Shown here one piece after another: positions 7,719-18,100 of a stretch of DNA of 64,000 bases (position 1 is its first letter; each line of letters opens with the position of its first letter). The notes beneath the pieces were generated by a model. It saw nothing but the letters and a program-made list of their open reading frames with translations, was not told the origin of the DNA and did not search any database. Made by a program: the position numbers and the translations under genes. Origin of the DNA: an uncultured Methanosarcinales archaeon (GTDB lineage: Archaea; Nanobdellota; Nanobdellia; Woesearchaeales; 21-14-0-10-32-9); assembly GCA_964501945.1 (NCBI GenBank), contig CAZCTY010000001.1, positions 49,187-113,186 of the forward strand, written 5' to 3'.

Positions 7719-10444
7719 AAAAAAATAAACAAGACTGGATACTGAAAATAGGGATTTTCATAATTTTAACACTCATAACAATACAAACAACAAACGCACT
7801 AATAATAGAAACACCAGAATTAATAACAACACCAGAAGAGAAAATAGAATTTAAAATAAATATAAAAAACAACTCATCTAACGTAACAATAAAAACAGAA
7901 CCAGACATAGGAAAAATAACAAACCAAACACCTTTCACGTTCACATGGGACGTTAATTACGAGGATAAAACATACAAAGACATAATATTCATAGCAGAAG
8001 ATAACACAACAAAAACCAACTCAACAACAAGATTTGCAAAACCGCCAAAAATCACAGGACTTAATAACGACTCAATAGACAAAGAAACATACGAATTCAC
8101 ACTAAACACAGACATAGAAGCAACATGCAAATACGGATTAGAAAAAAAAGAACACAACGACCTAGAATACACAATGCAAACACAAGATAACAAAGCACAC
8201 AAAGGAACAACGCCAAAACTAAAACAAGACACACACACAATACACATAAACTGCAAAACAAACACAGGAGGAGAGAGTAAAGACTACTTCAAATTAGAAG
8301 TTAACCTGCCACCAACGGCGAGAATAAACCTCGAACCACCATCCCCACTAAGAGCAGGAATAATAGAAGTAGAAGTAATAACATCACAAGACCTAATAAC
8401 AGCGCCCGAACTTAGATATTTCTTCGACGACGATACATCTCCTAGAACAATAACCCTAACAGGCAGAGATAACAGGTGGACAGGACACATGATAATAGAG
8501 GAGACAACAAAAAGAAGAATAGGAACATTCACATTTAAAGGAAGAGACAAAACAAATATGGAGGGAGATGAAATAACCTCGGGAAAAACATTCATCGTAG
8601 ATAATAACAAACCAAAAACAATATCTAGCTTCACAGGAACAATGGAAGAAGATAGGATAAAATTAGAATGGAGATACTTAGATGAAGAGCTAGATGATAT
8701 AAAAGAATACAGAATATATAGACGAGAGAGAACTGGAGGCGTAGATTATACAGATTACTACCAAACAACACGAAACACATATTTTTACGATAGAGACGTA
8801 TCGCATAGCGAAGCATATTACTACAAAGTCACAGCGGTGAACCAAGCAGGAAGAGAGAGCGAACTCTCAAAAGAAATAGCACTAACATTCATCCCAGAAA
8901 CAAGAGAGGTGGAGGAGAGCGAAGAAGAACTAAAACCAATACTAAAAACACAACTAAATATAATAAAAAACCAAATAGATAACAAAATATTGAACTTAGA
9001 GACAACACAATCAAACCTTCAAAACAAGACAGACGAGAAAGCAGAAATAATACAAGATCTAAACTTACTACCAAAAATAATAACAGCCAAAAACAAATTA
9101 GAAAACATAAAAGAAGAACTAACAGACTTTGAGAAAAAATCACTGACAGAAACAGAATTTGAACAAATAACAAACCCACTAATTGAGGACGCAGAAAAAA
9201 TAGCTGAGGAAGCACTACAAGAAATAATAATAGAGGATGTAATAATATATGATGAAGAATTAAAAGAAGATATTGCTGAGAAGACCATAAAAAAATATCT
9301 TGAAACACAAAATATTAACCTAAGCCACAGAGATGCACAAAGATACATAGAGAACGCGATACAAGAACAAACACAATTCACAACAGAAGTAAAAATCATA
9401 AAAGCAAAAATAAAATATGCAAATAGAGAAGAGCCAATAACACATATAACAAAAAAAATAAAGAGTGATGAAAACCAACAAAACATAGTCTTACTAGATA
9501 ATATCAAATTAGATGAATTTGAAGAAATAAAATTCGTAGAATCTGTAACAAAAATAAAAGATGAAATAATAGCAAGACGATTAGATAATGCAGACGGAAA
9601 CAAAATAAGATATTACGCAACAGAGAACATAAGCGCAGATAACATACGTCAAACACAAACAATAATACTAAAAGAAGAAAAACTCGAGGAGACAAGAAAC
9701 CAAATAACAGCTATGGCAACAAAAGAGAGAGGAGATATAGAACACACACTCCTAATACCTCTAATTATAGCAATACTATCAGTACTAATACTATCAGTAT
9801 ACTACTTTAAAGACGATGAAACAACTATCATCGAGCTACTATCATTAAGAAACATAATACCAAAAAAAATATTTAAACAAAACCAACAACAAAGCAGAAA
9901 CCAAAAAATAGAACTAGAACAACCACCATCACTTGAAGAAACCAAAAACCTAGAACTAACTGAAAACGAAACAAAAACACTCACAAAATACACAACAAAA
10001 GAAGCTGATGCAAACAAGATACAAGAAACACAAAAAGAAGAACAAATAACAAAAACACAAGAACAACCAGAAGAACCAGAAGAACCAGAAGATGTATACA
10101 ACGTATTACACGATTTAAAAGACATGATGGAGGAGATATACTACGAAGATGACTTCGACGATTTTGAATATCTAAAAAAACTAAAACAAATAAGAAAAAA
10201 ATACAACAAAAAAGCGCCAGCAGGAAAAGAATTTATTTTAAAGACAGGAGAGAGAATAGACACAATAAATGAACTTAGACAGGCACTAAAAACAATGAGT
10301 AAAGAAACATTTAACCACCATGTAAACCAAGAAAAAAACGACTTCTACAAATGGATAAACGATGTATACAAATATAGGGGTCTTGCAAGAAGAATAAAAA
10401 GAGCAAAAACAAAAAAAGAAATAATAAAAAAACTAAAACCCTAA
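7715..10444 (+). CDS. Single-pass surface protein: Ig/FN3 domains, coiled region, TM, cytoplasmic DUF5752-like domain
   Basis: Signal peptide; FN3 motif YYYKVTAVNQAGRES; TM near aa 680; C-terminal FNHHVNQEKNDFYKWINDV. Confidence 0.75.
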   Translation: MKKNKQDWILKIGIFIILTLITIQTTNALIIETPELITTPEEKIEFKINIKNNSSNVTIKTEPDIGKITNQTPFTFTWDVNYEDKTYKDIIFIAEDNTTKTNSTTRFAKPPKITGLNNDSIDKETYEFTLNTDIEATCKYGLEKKEHNDLEYTMQTQDNKAHKGTTPKLKQDTHTIHINCKTNTGGESKDYFKLEVNLPPTARINLEPPSPLRAGIIEVEVITSQDLITAPELRYFFDDDTSPRTITLTGRDNRWTGHMIIEETTKRRIGTFTFKGRDKTNMEGDEITSGKTFIVDNNKPKTISSFTGTMEEDRIKLEWRYLDEELDDIKEYRIYRRERTGGVDYTDYYQTTRNTYFYDRDVSHSEAYYYKVTAVNQAGRESELSKEIALTFIPETREVEESEEELKPILKTQLNIIKNQIDNKILNLETTQSNLQNKTDEKAEIIQDLNLLPKIITAKNKLENIKEELTDFEKKSLTETEFEQITNPLIEDAEKIAEEALQEIIIEDVIIYDEELKEDIAEKTIKKYLETQNINLSHRDAQRYIENAIQEQTQFTTEVKIIKAKIKYANREEPITHITKKIKSDENQQNIVLLDNIKLDEFEEIKFVESVTKIKDEIIARRLDNADGNKIRYYATENISADNIRQTQTIILKEEKLEETRNQITAMATKERGDIEHTLLIPLIIAILSVLILSVYYFKDDETTIIELLSLRNIIPKKIFKQNQQQSRNQKIELEQPPSLEETKNLELTENETKTLTKYTTKEADANKIQETQKEEQITKTQEQPEEPEEPEDVYNVLHDLKDMMEEIYYEDDFDDFEYLKKLKQIRKKYNKKAPAGKEFILKTGERIDTINELRQALKTMSKETFNHHVNQEKNDFYKWINDVYKYRGLARRIKRAKTKKEIIKKLKP

Positions 10445-11340
10445 GCTGAAGGCGTAGCAGTAAATCTTAGAGTACCAGTACACTCTCCTTGAGGGTTAGG
10501 TGGAACATATAACTGCCAATAAACCTCCCAAATACTAGGAGCAGTCTCATCAGTTGCTTGAGGAATAGTAAAACCCATATCTTGATTAGATTCTGATAGA
10601 GGAGATTTATCTTCCCAATCAACAGAACTTGATGATGAAAACCTTTGATGCTCAACACCAATATCATCACCACGCTCACAAACCAAACCCAAACCATCAC
10701 CTTCTTCAACACCATAACCAAGAACACTAACATTAATATCCATGTTACCAATGTTAGCAATCAAAGCAGGAACATCCAAACTATAACTCATAACCGCCAC
10801 ATCACCATAATCAACAGTATCTGTAACGTTTAAAGCATACAACTCATTTATATCTGTGACATTTTCTAAAGAGCCGTTAAAACCCCAAGAGTCTTGAGCG
10901 CTTACATTACAAAACCACTCACCACTATTAGCATAATGAATAACATCAAAAGTACACGATGAATACGCTATGTATTCTCCATCATTATCATAAATCTCAC
11001 AACTACTATTAGTATAATGGACATTACCATCATCTTCCGCGCCGCTATGCGATGAGGAATGATAAAAAGTACCATTAACAGAAGTTATATCTTCCCAACC
11101 ATTCCAATCACGAATAGTAGCATTACAATAAACAGTCTTAAAATCACCCGCAACCAAAACAATGTCCTGATCAATATTAACTTCGAGCACCTCGGGGAGT
11201 GCGTTAGTAACATTTACACGAGTCACAGCTTCATCATATTCAAAATTTTGCTGCGCTGAAATAAAAGGCAAAAGAGCTAAAATAGATAAACATAGGACAA
11301 GACAAAACACCAATCCTTTGATTTTTAATCCATTCATCAT
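10441..11340 (-). CDS. Secreted subunit type C, copy 1
   Basis: Signal peptide; paralog of 52392..53267; ends YWQLYVPPNPQGECTGTLRFTA. Confidence 0.8.
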   Translation of the reverse strand: MMNGLKIKGLVFCLVLCLSILALLPFISAQQNFEYDEAVTRVNVTNALPEVLEVNIDQDIVLVAGDFKTVYCNATIRDWNGWEDITSVNGTFYHSSSHSGAEDDGNVHYTNSSCEIYDNDGEYIAYSSCTFDVIHYANSGEWFCNVSAQDSWGFNGSLENVTDINELYALNVTDTVDYGDVAVMSYSLDVPALIANIGNMDINVSVLGYGVEEGDGLGLVCERGDDIGVEHQRFSSSSSVDWEDKSPLSESNQDMGFTIPQATDETAPSIWEVYWQLYVPPNPQGECTGTLRFTATPSA

Positions 11341-11358
11341 AAAAACCTCATAAATACA

Positions 11359-12105
11359 TCAAGCACCTATTTCAGCATAAAAATAATACGTACTAGTACC
11401 AACAACCTGATCAGGCACAATACTCTGAAAATCAACTAAACTCCCAGTATTATAACTCTGCGTTCCTTTATTGATAGGAGTAGCATAAACCAAATCAGAA
11501 CCACTCGCAAGCAAAATCAAAGGAAAATCAGCATTGTTATGATCTTGAGGATTATTACTTACAAAAGTACTCGTACTCCTACAAGTATTCTCATCAATAT
11601 TAGTTAAACCTATAGATATCGTTGGATGAGTTTCCTCACTAAACGTTCTATTAACACTATCAGCAGAAGTAGAACTAAAACCTAAAGAGGAATCTTCATT
11701 TTCTATATCAATATCGGTAGGACAATCAATATCGGACCAATTAATAGAGTCACTACGACTAATAAAAACATTACCAGTCACATCCTCGTCCTCAAGCTCC
11801 CACCTAAAAATGGATTGACCTGACTCATCATCTAAAGTCAAAACACCTGTAAGGTTCCCCACGTATGCTTTCCACCTAGGGTTTTGCTGAACAACATCAA
11901 CTAAAATAGTATTAATGGTACCACCACTATCAGTTCTAGAGTCAGGAGAAACATCTGATCTACTCTCAGTCACACCGCTTTGAATTTCCAACCCTGTAGG
12001 CTGAGCCACGCTTATCTGAGCAGCTAATAAAAAAAACAAAAATACAGATAATAAGGAAAACAAAAATAACTTCAATTTTCCTTTACTTTTTTTGTTCGTT
12101 TCCAT
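11359..12105 (-). CDS. Secreted pilin-like subunit type B, copy 1
   Basis: Signal peptide ending A-QPTG; GGTI...QQNPRWKAYVGN; two Cys; ends YYFYAEIGA. Confidence 0.8.
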   Translation of the reverse strand: METNKKSKGKLKLFLFSLLSVFLFFLLAAQISVAQPTGLEIQSGVTESRSDVSPDSRTDSGGTINTILVDVVQQNPRWKAYVGNLTGVLTLDDESGQSIFRWELEDEDVTGNVFISRSDSINWSDIDCPTDIDIENEDSSLGFSSTSADSVNRTFSEETHPTISIGLTNIDENTCRSTSTFVSNNPQDHNNADFPLILLASGSDLVYATPINKGTQSYNTGSLVDFQSIVPDQVVGTSTYYFYAEIGA

Positions 12106-12154
12106 TTTTTTCTTCTCTATTTTTTATTTTTTATAAAAAAAACAAAAAAAGAAT

Positions 12155-12931
12155 TTAGTAAATCTCAACCCAAAAGTAATAAGGCGTTGTATCGCTATTT
12201 CCGAATTGGCCATTTTCAGCAACTAATAATTGAAAATCATAATCGCCACCATCATAACCATCTTTACCTTGCCTTGCACCTTCAGCCCTATCTTCTATTA
12301 TAGATGTAAAGATTAAAGCATCATTTTCATCAGTTAATAAAACAGCAGGAAAATCTCTTTCCGCCTCAGGATCTTCTTGCCTTTCACTATCAACAAAAGT
12401 ATAAGTAGTCCTACAACCATTAACAGTCGTAAAACCAACATAAAACTCAGGATGGCTAGTATAAGGATATGTTATGTTAATATTATCATAGTCTGTATCA
12501 AGCATCCCATAATAATCATACCACATACCTCTAAAAGTATCATCTTCTATATCTGCACAACCAACACTAGTCCAAGAAATAGTGTTATTTACAGACGCAT
12601 AAACTTGACCTTGAGGCTCAGCCGCAGACCAGTCATAAAACCTCATACCAGAAGAATCTTCTAATATGATTGTACCTGACACGTTCCCAAAGAAACCTTG
12701 CCAGCTCTTTGTCTGAGATACACCTGTGATGTTTAGCTCCGTTAAATTACCTGCTAGCGCAGGAACCATAGCTGCAGGGTACAGGCTCGTGTTAGAAGTT
12801 TCACTTCTTATAACAGTCGCGTTTTCAGCACCTAATGGCGCGTTAAACCCGTCGTTAGCAGAAACCAAACCTCCAAAAGCTATGATAAAAAGGCTTGCTA
12901 ACATTGCAATTTTAAACATTTTGACATTCAT
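12155..12931 (-). CDS. Secreted pilin-like subunit type A, copy 1 (candidate major subunit)
   Basis: Signal peptide; AGNLTELNI...WQGFFGNVSG...FYDW; ends YYFWVEIY; GAGGTG RBS and T-rich tract after stop. Confidence 0.8.
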   Translation of the reverse strand: MNVKMFKIAMLASLFIIAFGGLVSANDGFNAPLGAENATVIRSETSNTSLYPAAMVPALAGNLTELNITGVSQTKSWQGFFGNVSGTIILEDSSGMRFYDWSAAEPQGQVYASVNNTISWTSVGCADIEDDTFRGMWYDYYGMLDTDYDNINITYPYTSHPEFYVGFTTVNGCRTTYTFVDSERQEDPEAERDFPAVLLTDENDALIFTSIIEDRAEGARQGKDGYDGGDYDFQLLVAENGQFGNSDTTPYYFWVEIY

Positions 12932-12988
12932 TTTGATTTTTCACCTCTCGGTTTTTTTTATTGATCACGCACAAACCACGTAAACTCA

Positions 12989-13025
12989 TATACAAATATG
13001 TATACTGATATATAAATCTTTCGAA
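12989..13025 (-). promoter_or_regulatory. Promoter (CGAAA BRE + TTTATATA) with adjacent TATACA-N4-TGTATA inverted repeat
   Basis: Minus strand CGAAAGATTTATATATC; perfect 6-4-6 palindrome at 12989-13004. Confidence 0.65.
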
Positions 13026-13163
13026 AGGGGTTGGTTTTTCATCCTAAAAAATCAAAATTTTCAAGAAAGAAAGCCCAAAAACAAAAAATACATCAAAAGA
13101 AGAATATTTAACCAAAACAGAAGAAATAGACGAAGAACATATAAAGATATAAAAAAGAAACTA

Positions 13164-14087
13164 TCAATAATTTTCTAATAAATTAAGTAATTCCTCTCTA
13201 CTATAAACGCTTCTAATCTTGCGAGCGAGCTTCTCCTCACCAAAAACATGAAGCACCCACTCAGCAAAATCATTTTTACCCTCAAAGACATGCTTTTTAA
13301 AAACATCATCAGACATACCACGCAACTCATGAACCAAATCATTTAAACAAAGCAACAACTTACCATCAGCGAGAACAAAAGCCTTATCATGAGACACGTT
13401 TTTATTAAATAACTTAAAACGATCAGCCTTCCTAATTAACGCCTTAAGCTCCTCAGAAACCCTACCGATCTCATCTTCTTTTTCAACCAAAAGCTCCTTT
13501 GCAGCATTAAACTCTCTCGCCCTAATCAACCATTCCTCTTCAATTTCTTTTAATTTAAGCATTTTTTTATACAAAACATCTTCCAAATCCTGCTCGTGAA
13601 AAAAGAAATGCTCCCCTCTTGAACGAGCAGAATGATAACGCTTCATCATATCAACCAAATCAGATGAAATGTGCTTATCACTATCAGACTCACCGAGCTT
13701 TTTCTCTAAAACCTCAAAGAAAGACGGAAGCTTCTTAGACGAGACTTCCTCGCCAACATTATTATCTTGACTAGGCGAATTCTGGATAGGTGATTCTTGA
13801 TGGCTTTGCTTAATTGCATCGTTGTTTGAAGTATCACTATCTTTATTTTCAGAGGAATGCTCTTTAAAAAATTCAACACTAGATGAATTATCAAGCTTAT
13901 CAACAAAAATTTTTTTATCAGCAAGATCTTTTGGAAGCTGCCTCGGATGAGCTTCCTTAGACGCGACAGAACTTGATTCTTGATTAGCCAAACCATAAGT
14001 ATCAATTAAAGAATCAGGAAGAGACTTAGGAGCATCCAAACTAACATCTTTTTCAGAATCCTCACTTTTTTTATCCAACAAACCCAA
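13164..14087 (-). CDS. Cytoplasmic protein: disordered N-terminus, coiled coil, C-terminal DUF5752-like domain
   Basis: FVLADG...FKKHVFEGKNDFAEWVLHVFGEEKLA; no signal peptide. Confidence 0.75.
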   Translation of the reverse strand: MGLLDKKSEDSEKDVSLDAPKSLPDSLIDTYGLANQESSSVASKEAHPRQLPKDLADKKIFVDKLDNSSSVEFFKEHSSENKDSDTSNNDAIKQSHQESPIQNSPSQDNNVGEEVSSKKLPSFFEVLEKKLGESDSDKHISSDLVDMMKRYHSARSRGEHFFFHEQDLEDVLYKKMLKLKEIEEEWLIRAREFNAAKELLVEKEDEIGRVSEELKALIRKADRFKLFNKNVSHDKAFVLADGKLLLCLNDLVHELRGMSDDVFKKHVFEGKNDFAEWVLHVFGEEKLARKIRSVYSREELLNLLENY

Positions 14088-14210
14088 AAAAACCCCTCTT
14101 TTTTACAATTAAAAATAATAACTAAATATATAAAGCTTTTTATTAAAAAAATAATAATAAAAATAACAAAAAGATTTAAAATAAAACAAAACTAAAACAC
14201 AAAATATACC

Positions 14211-15179
14211 ATGACATACCACAAACTACTAAAAAAAGTTCCAAAAGACAAAGAATTGAAACTAATAAGAGGAGTTACAGCACAAAACTACGAAGAATTA
14301 CTCACACAACTAATAAAAATAAAAGATGAAGATTTCAAAAAAATAATCAAAAAAGAAAACAAAATAATCAAATGGATAAAAGAAAACTACAATGACGAAA
14401 CACTAATTAACGAATTAAAAAATAAGAAAACCAAAAAAGAATACATGAAAAAAATATATGAGAGAATAGAGACAATAAAAAAAGAATCACAGGACCTCTC
14501 AACACTAATCAACCAAAGACAAAAACTAATAAAAAAGAAAACAAGCATCATGCCAATAATCTGGCTAAGTATATACATAATTTTAATCATACTACTAATA
14601 ACACAACACACATACTACACAAAACAAACAGACTACCTAAAAAACCGCGTAATAGACGAACAAGAAATAACAAAAAAATTCTACGAAGACAATATAAGAC
14701 TTAGAGAAAAAGAAACAGAACTGAGAGATGAAATACAAAAATTAAACGAAACAATAACCGAAATAGAGGAACAAAACACAGACCTAATGCAACAAATACG
14801 CGCACTAAACCTTGGAAGAACACAAGGACCAAAACCAAGGATTACAGAAGAAAACATAACAATAATAGATGAAGGCGTTATAATAAACGTTGATAATCCC
14901 TTATTTGCAATGTTTGAAGACACAAAATCAATGATACCAACAATAAACACCGATACAAAAGCAATACAAATAAAACCAAAAAATCCAGAAGACATACAAA
15001 AAGGAGATATAATAAGCTATGAGACGGAAGAGAAAATAATAATACACAGAGTTATAGAAGTAAATCAAGACGAAGAAGGATGGTACGCTACAACAAAAGG
15101 AGATAACACAAGACAACCAGACAGAGAAAAAGTAAGATTTGAACAAATAAGACGAATACTCATAGCACTAATATACTAA
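14211..15179 (+). CDS. S26 signal peptidase I (Sec11/SipW type) on a TM-anchored coiled-coil stalk
   Basis: SMIPTI (catalytic Ser), GDIISY, IIHRV (His), TKGDN..PD motifs; TM at about aa 115-133. Confidence 0.82.
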   Translation: MTYHKLLKKVPKDKELKLIRGVTAQNYEELLTQLIKIKDEDFKKIIKKENKIIKWIKENYNDETLINELKNKKTKKEYMKKIYERIETIKKESQDLSTLINQRQKLIKKKTSIMPIIWLSIYIILIILLITQHTYYTKQTDYLKNRVIDEQEITKKFYEDNIRLREKETELRDEIQKLNETITEIEEQNTDLMQQIRALNLGRTQGPKPRITEENITIIDEGVIINVDNPLFAMFEDTKSMIPTINTDTKAIQIKPKNPEDIQKGDIISYETEEKIIIHRVIEVNQDEEGWYATTKGDNTRQPDREKVRFEQIRRILIALIY

Positions 15180-15190
15180 AAAAAACATAA

Positions 15191-18100
15191 TTAAATTATC
15201 TCAATGTAAAAAGCCAACTTCTCATTACTACCAGAATAAGTCCTAAGCGTAGCAGGCACCCTGACTTCAAAGTCATAAATACCGAAACGACCCTCGCTAC
15301 TAGGATTAATCTCAGTAACAAAAACAACAGTTTCTTTGTCTGCAGAGTCAAAACGCTCATTACCAGAATCATCACTAGTATCCCAAAGGATGCCAGTAAC
15401 AAAATCATCATACTCAGTACTCGCAACAACAGGAACATTATTAACAGGGCCACTTGGAAGATTAAAAGTACGAGTCTCAACAGGCACCTCAGAACCCGCG
15501 CCCCACGTATTCCTAATAGAATCACTAAGACCCGCCGTGCCCATAACATCATCTAACGCAGAAAAATCACCACTCACAAGGCCGCCATCAACGTTCCGAG
15601 TGAGCGCTTGCAAATCACCATAAGAAAAGGACGCATCAACATCAGAAAAGAAAACCAAACCTCCTCTACTAGAGAGATTACGATACTCAATGAACATAGA
15701 CAAATCATCCTTACCAAGAACAATATCAGAACTAGAACTACCAAAATAATACTGATAAAGCTCAACATACAAAGAATTATTAGCAACATTGTTATCAACA
15801 GTAGTTTCATTAACAACGTCCTCAGGATCAACCACCACAAAAACATTATTAGAACCAAAAGACAAATCAAAATCAGCACCAACACTTACAACATCCAAAC
15901 TACCAAGCCCAGGAACTAAAGACGAGCTAATAAACTCCCCTCCCTCAACAGGATTACCAAGATAAAAAGAAACATTAAATGACTCCTCAGCATCACTAAG
16001 ACCCTCATTAGAAACATTAGCAAAAACACTAACCTCAACACCCTCAATTAACTCATCATAATCAAACCAAATATCATCATCACGAACAACCAAGTCAGGC
16101 GCAGAAATATTCAACAAGAAGTTCTCATCCGCAAAACCAACATTATCATAAGAATCAACACACTCAACGTTCCACTCATGAATACCAATATCAACAAGAA
16201 CACCCTCAAAAGTATTAGTTTCATTACTCACAACGTTAACATCAGTAACAACTTCCTCCAAGACACCACCATTACTACCCAAAAACAAAGTACAGTTATC
16301 CAAATTAAAATCATAAGGACGATAACTAAAATCAAACAAGCCCCTACCAGCCTCAAAACCATCCTCAGGATTAATAAGTGAAACATTAGGAGGAGTCACA
16401 TCAGGTGCAACCTCAAAAGTTGTAAAACTAGTCGCATCATCATAAGATTCAGCAGACGCTAAAACAACAGACGAATACAAACCTAAATCAACCCCTTGAG
16501 TATTCCACGAAAAAGAATCACAACCACAACTACCACTAGTCTCACCACTAAAAGAATCAACAAGAACTTCTTCACCAGAGACAAGAACCTCATCAACATC
16601 AGAATCTTTGATGTAAGTAACATTTAACTCAACCCAATACAAATACATAGTAATAGTAGCAGCCCCGCCACTCTTTACAACTTCTCCCTGAAGCCTAGTC
16701 CTATTAAGCTCAGACCAAGAAAGAGAAGAATAAGACTCAGTGATATCAAACCACTGCGAAGTCGTCTTACCAATAGTACCAGAAAAACGATTTAACTCAG
16801 TATAACTAGCACCATCATCAACACTATAATGAAAAATCCTATTACTGGCGCCTCCGCTCTCAGGCACCTCATACCTAAATCTGGCCTCAACTCTTTCAAT
16901 ATCCCCAAAAGTTTCATCAATAAAATCACGCCCATGAAGCAAAACATAACGATCACCACCACCGCTAGCCTCAATTACCGCGAAAGAATCATCATCCTTA
17001 CCAAGAATACTATCCAAATCAGAAAAAGAACCCCCTTCTTCATCATCAATATCACGATCATTAGCATTAAATAAAGCACTCTCAACCAAATCAAGCTCAA
17101 CAGAAGGACCGCCGGCGTTAGGATTATCATAATAAACATAATAAGAATCATAATTAACAATGTTAGCGTCAAGATTAACAGCGAAAGATACAAAACAAGA
17201 ATCAAGCGTTTCCCCATGAACAGTAAACAAAGACTCAACAGGATCTAAAGACTCATGATTAACAAACCTTAATTCATCACAACTCTCAACGCTACCCTCA
17301 AGACCGGTAATATTAACACTAGCCACGCCATCAACTAACTCAACACCAGAAGTTTCATTCATAACAATATTTCTTCTTCTACCCCAATCAGAATCCCACC
17401 AAGGAACACCAGTTTCACCACTAATAATGAACGCATCAAAAAAAGTATTAAGAGGACTTAAAAAAGCATCAGTACTATTAACCAAAATAGACGCAGGCGT
17501 GCCCACCTCCCATGAAGCCTCAGTCGAGACTTCAATGTTAATAGTATCATCATCAACACCAGTAAAAAAACGAGTCTCACTAACACCAGTATTATCAAAT
17601 ACATCAGTACACTCAACCCTCCAAGAATAATCATCCTCAACAACGCTTAGAGAAAAAAACTGAGAGGTGAACCTAGCAACATCCTCATCAACCTGATTTA
17701 ATTCACCATTAACATACAAAGAACAACTCTCAATAGGAGATGAATCATTAACATTATAATTTAAACTCCGCGTCCCAGTAGAAATTAAAGAATTATTACC
17801 AGGACTCTCAAGCAAAACAACAGGAGGAGACACATCTAAAACATTAACAGAATAAGTAATATTATCATAAAAATAATTATCAGTCTCATTGAAAACCAAA
17901 GAAACATTATAAGAACCAGGATCCTCAAATAATAAATCTTCCTCAACAAAACCATTACCAGAAGATATTAAATCATTATTCAAATACAATTCTAAATAAC
18001 CCTCATCAGGAATAGCAACGTCTCCTGCGATGCTTACAACTTCATTTTCATCAATAACCAAATCATCCTCAACACCATTTAAAGAAAGACTAAACACTGG

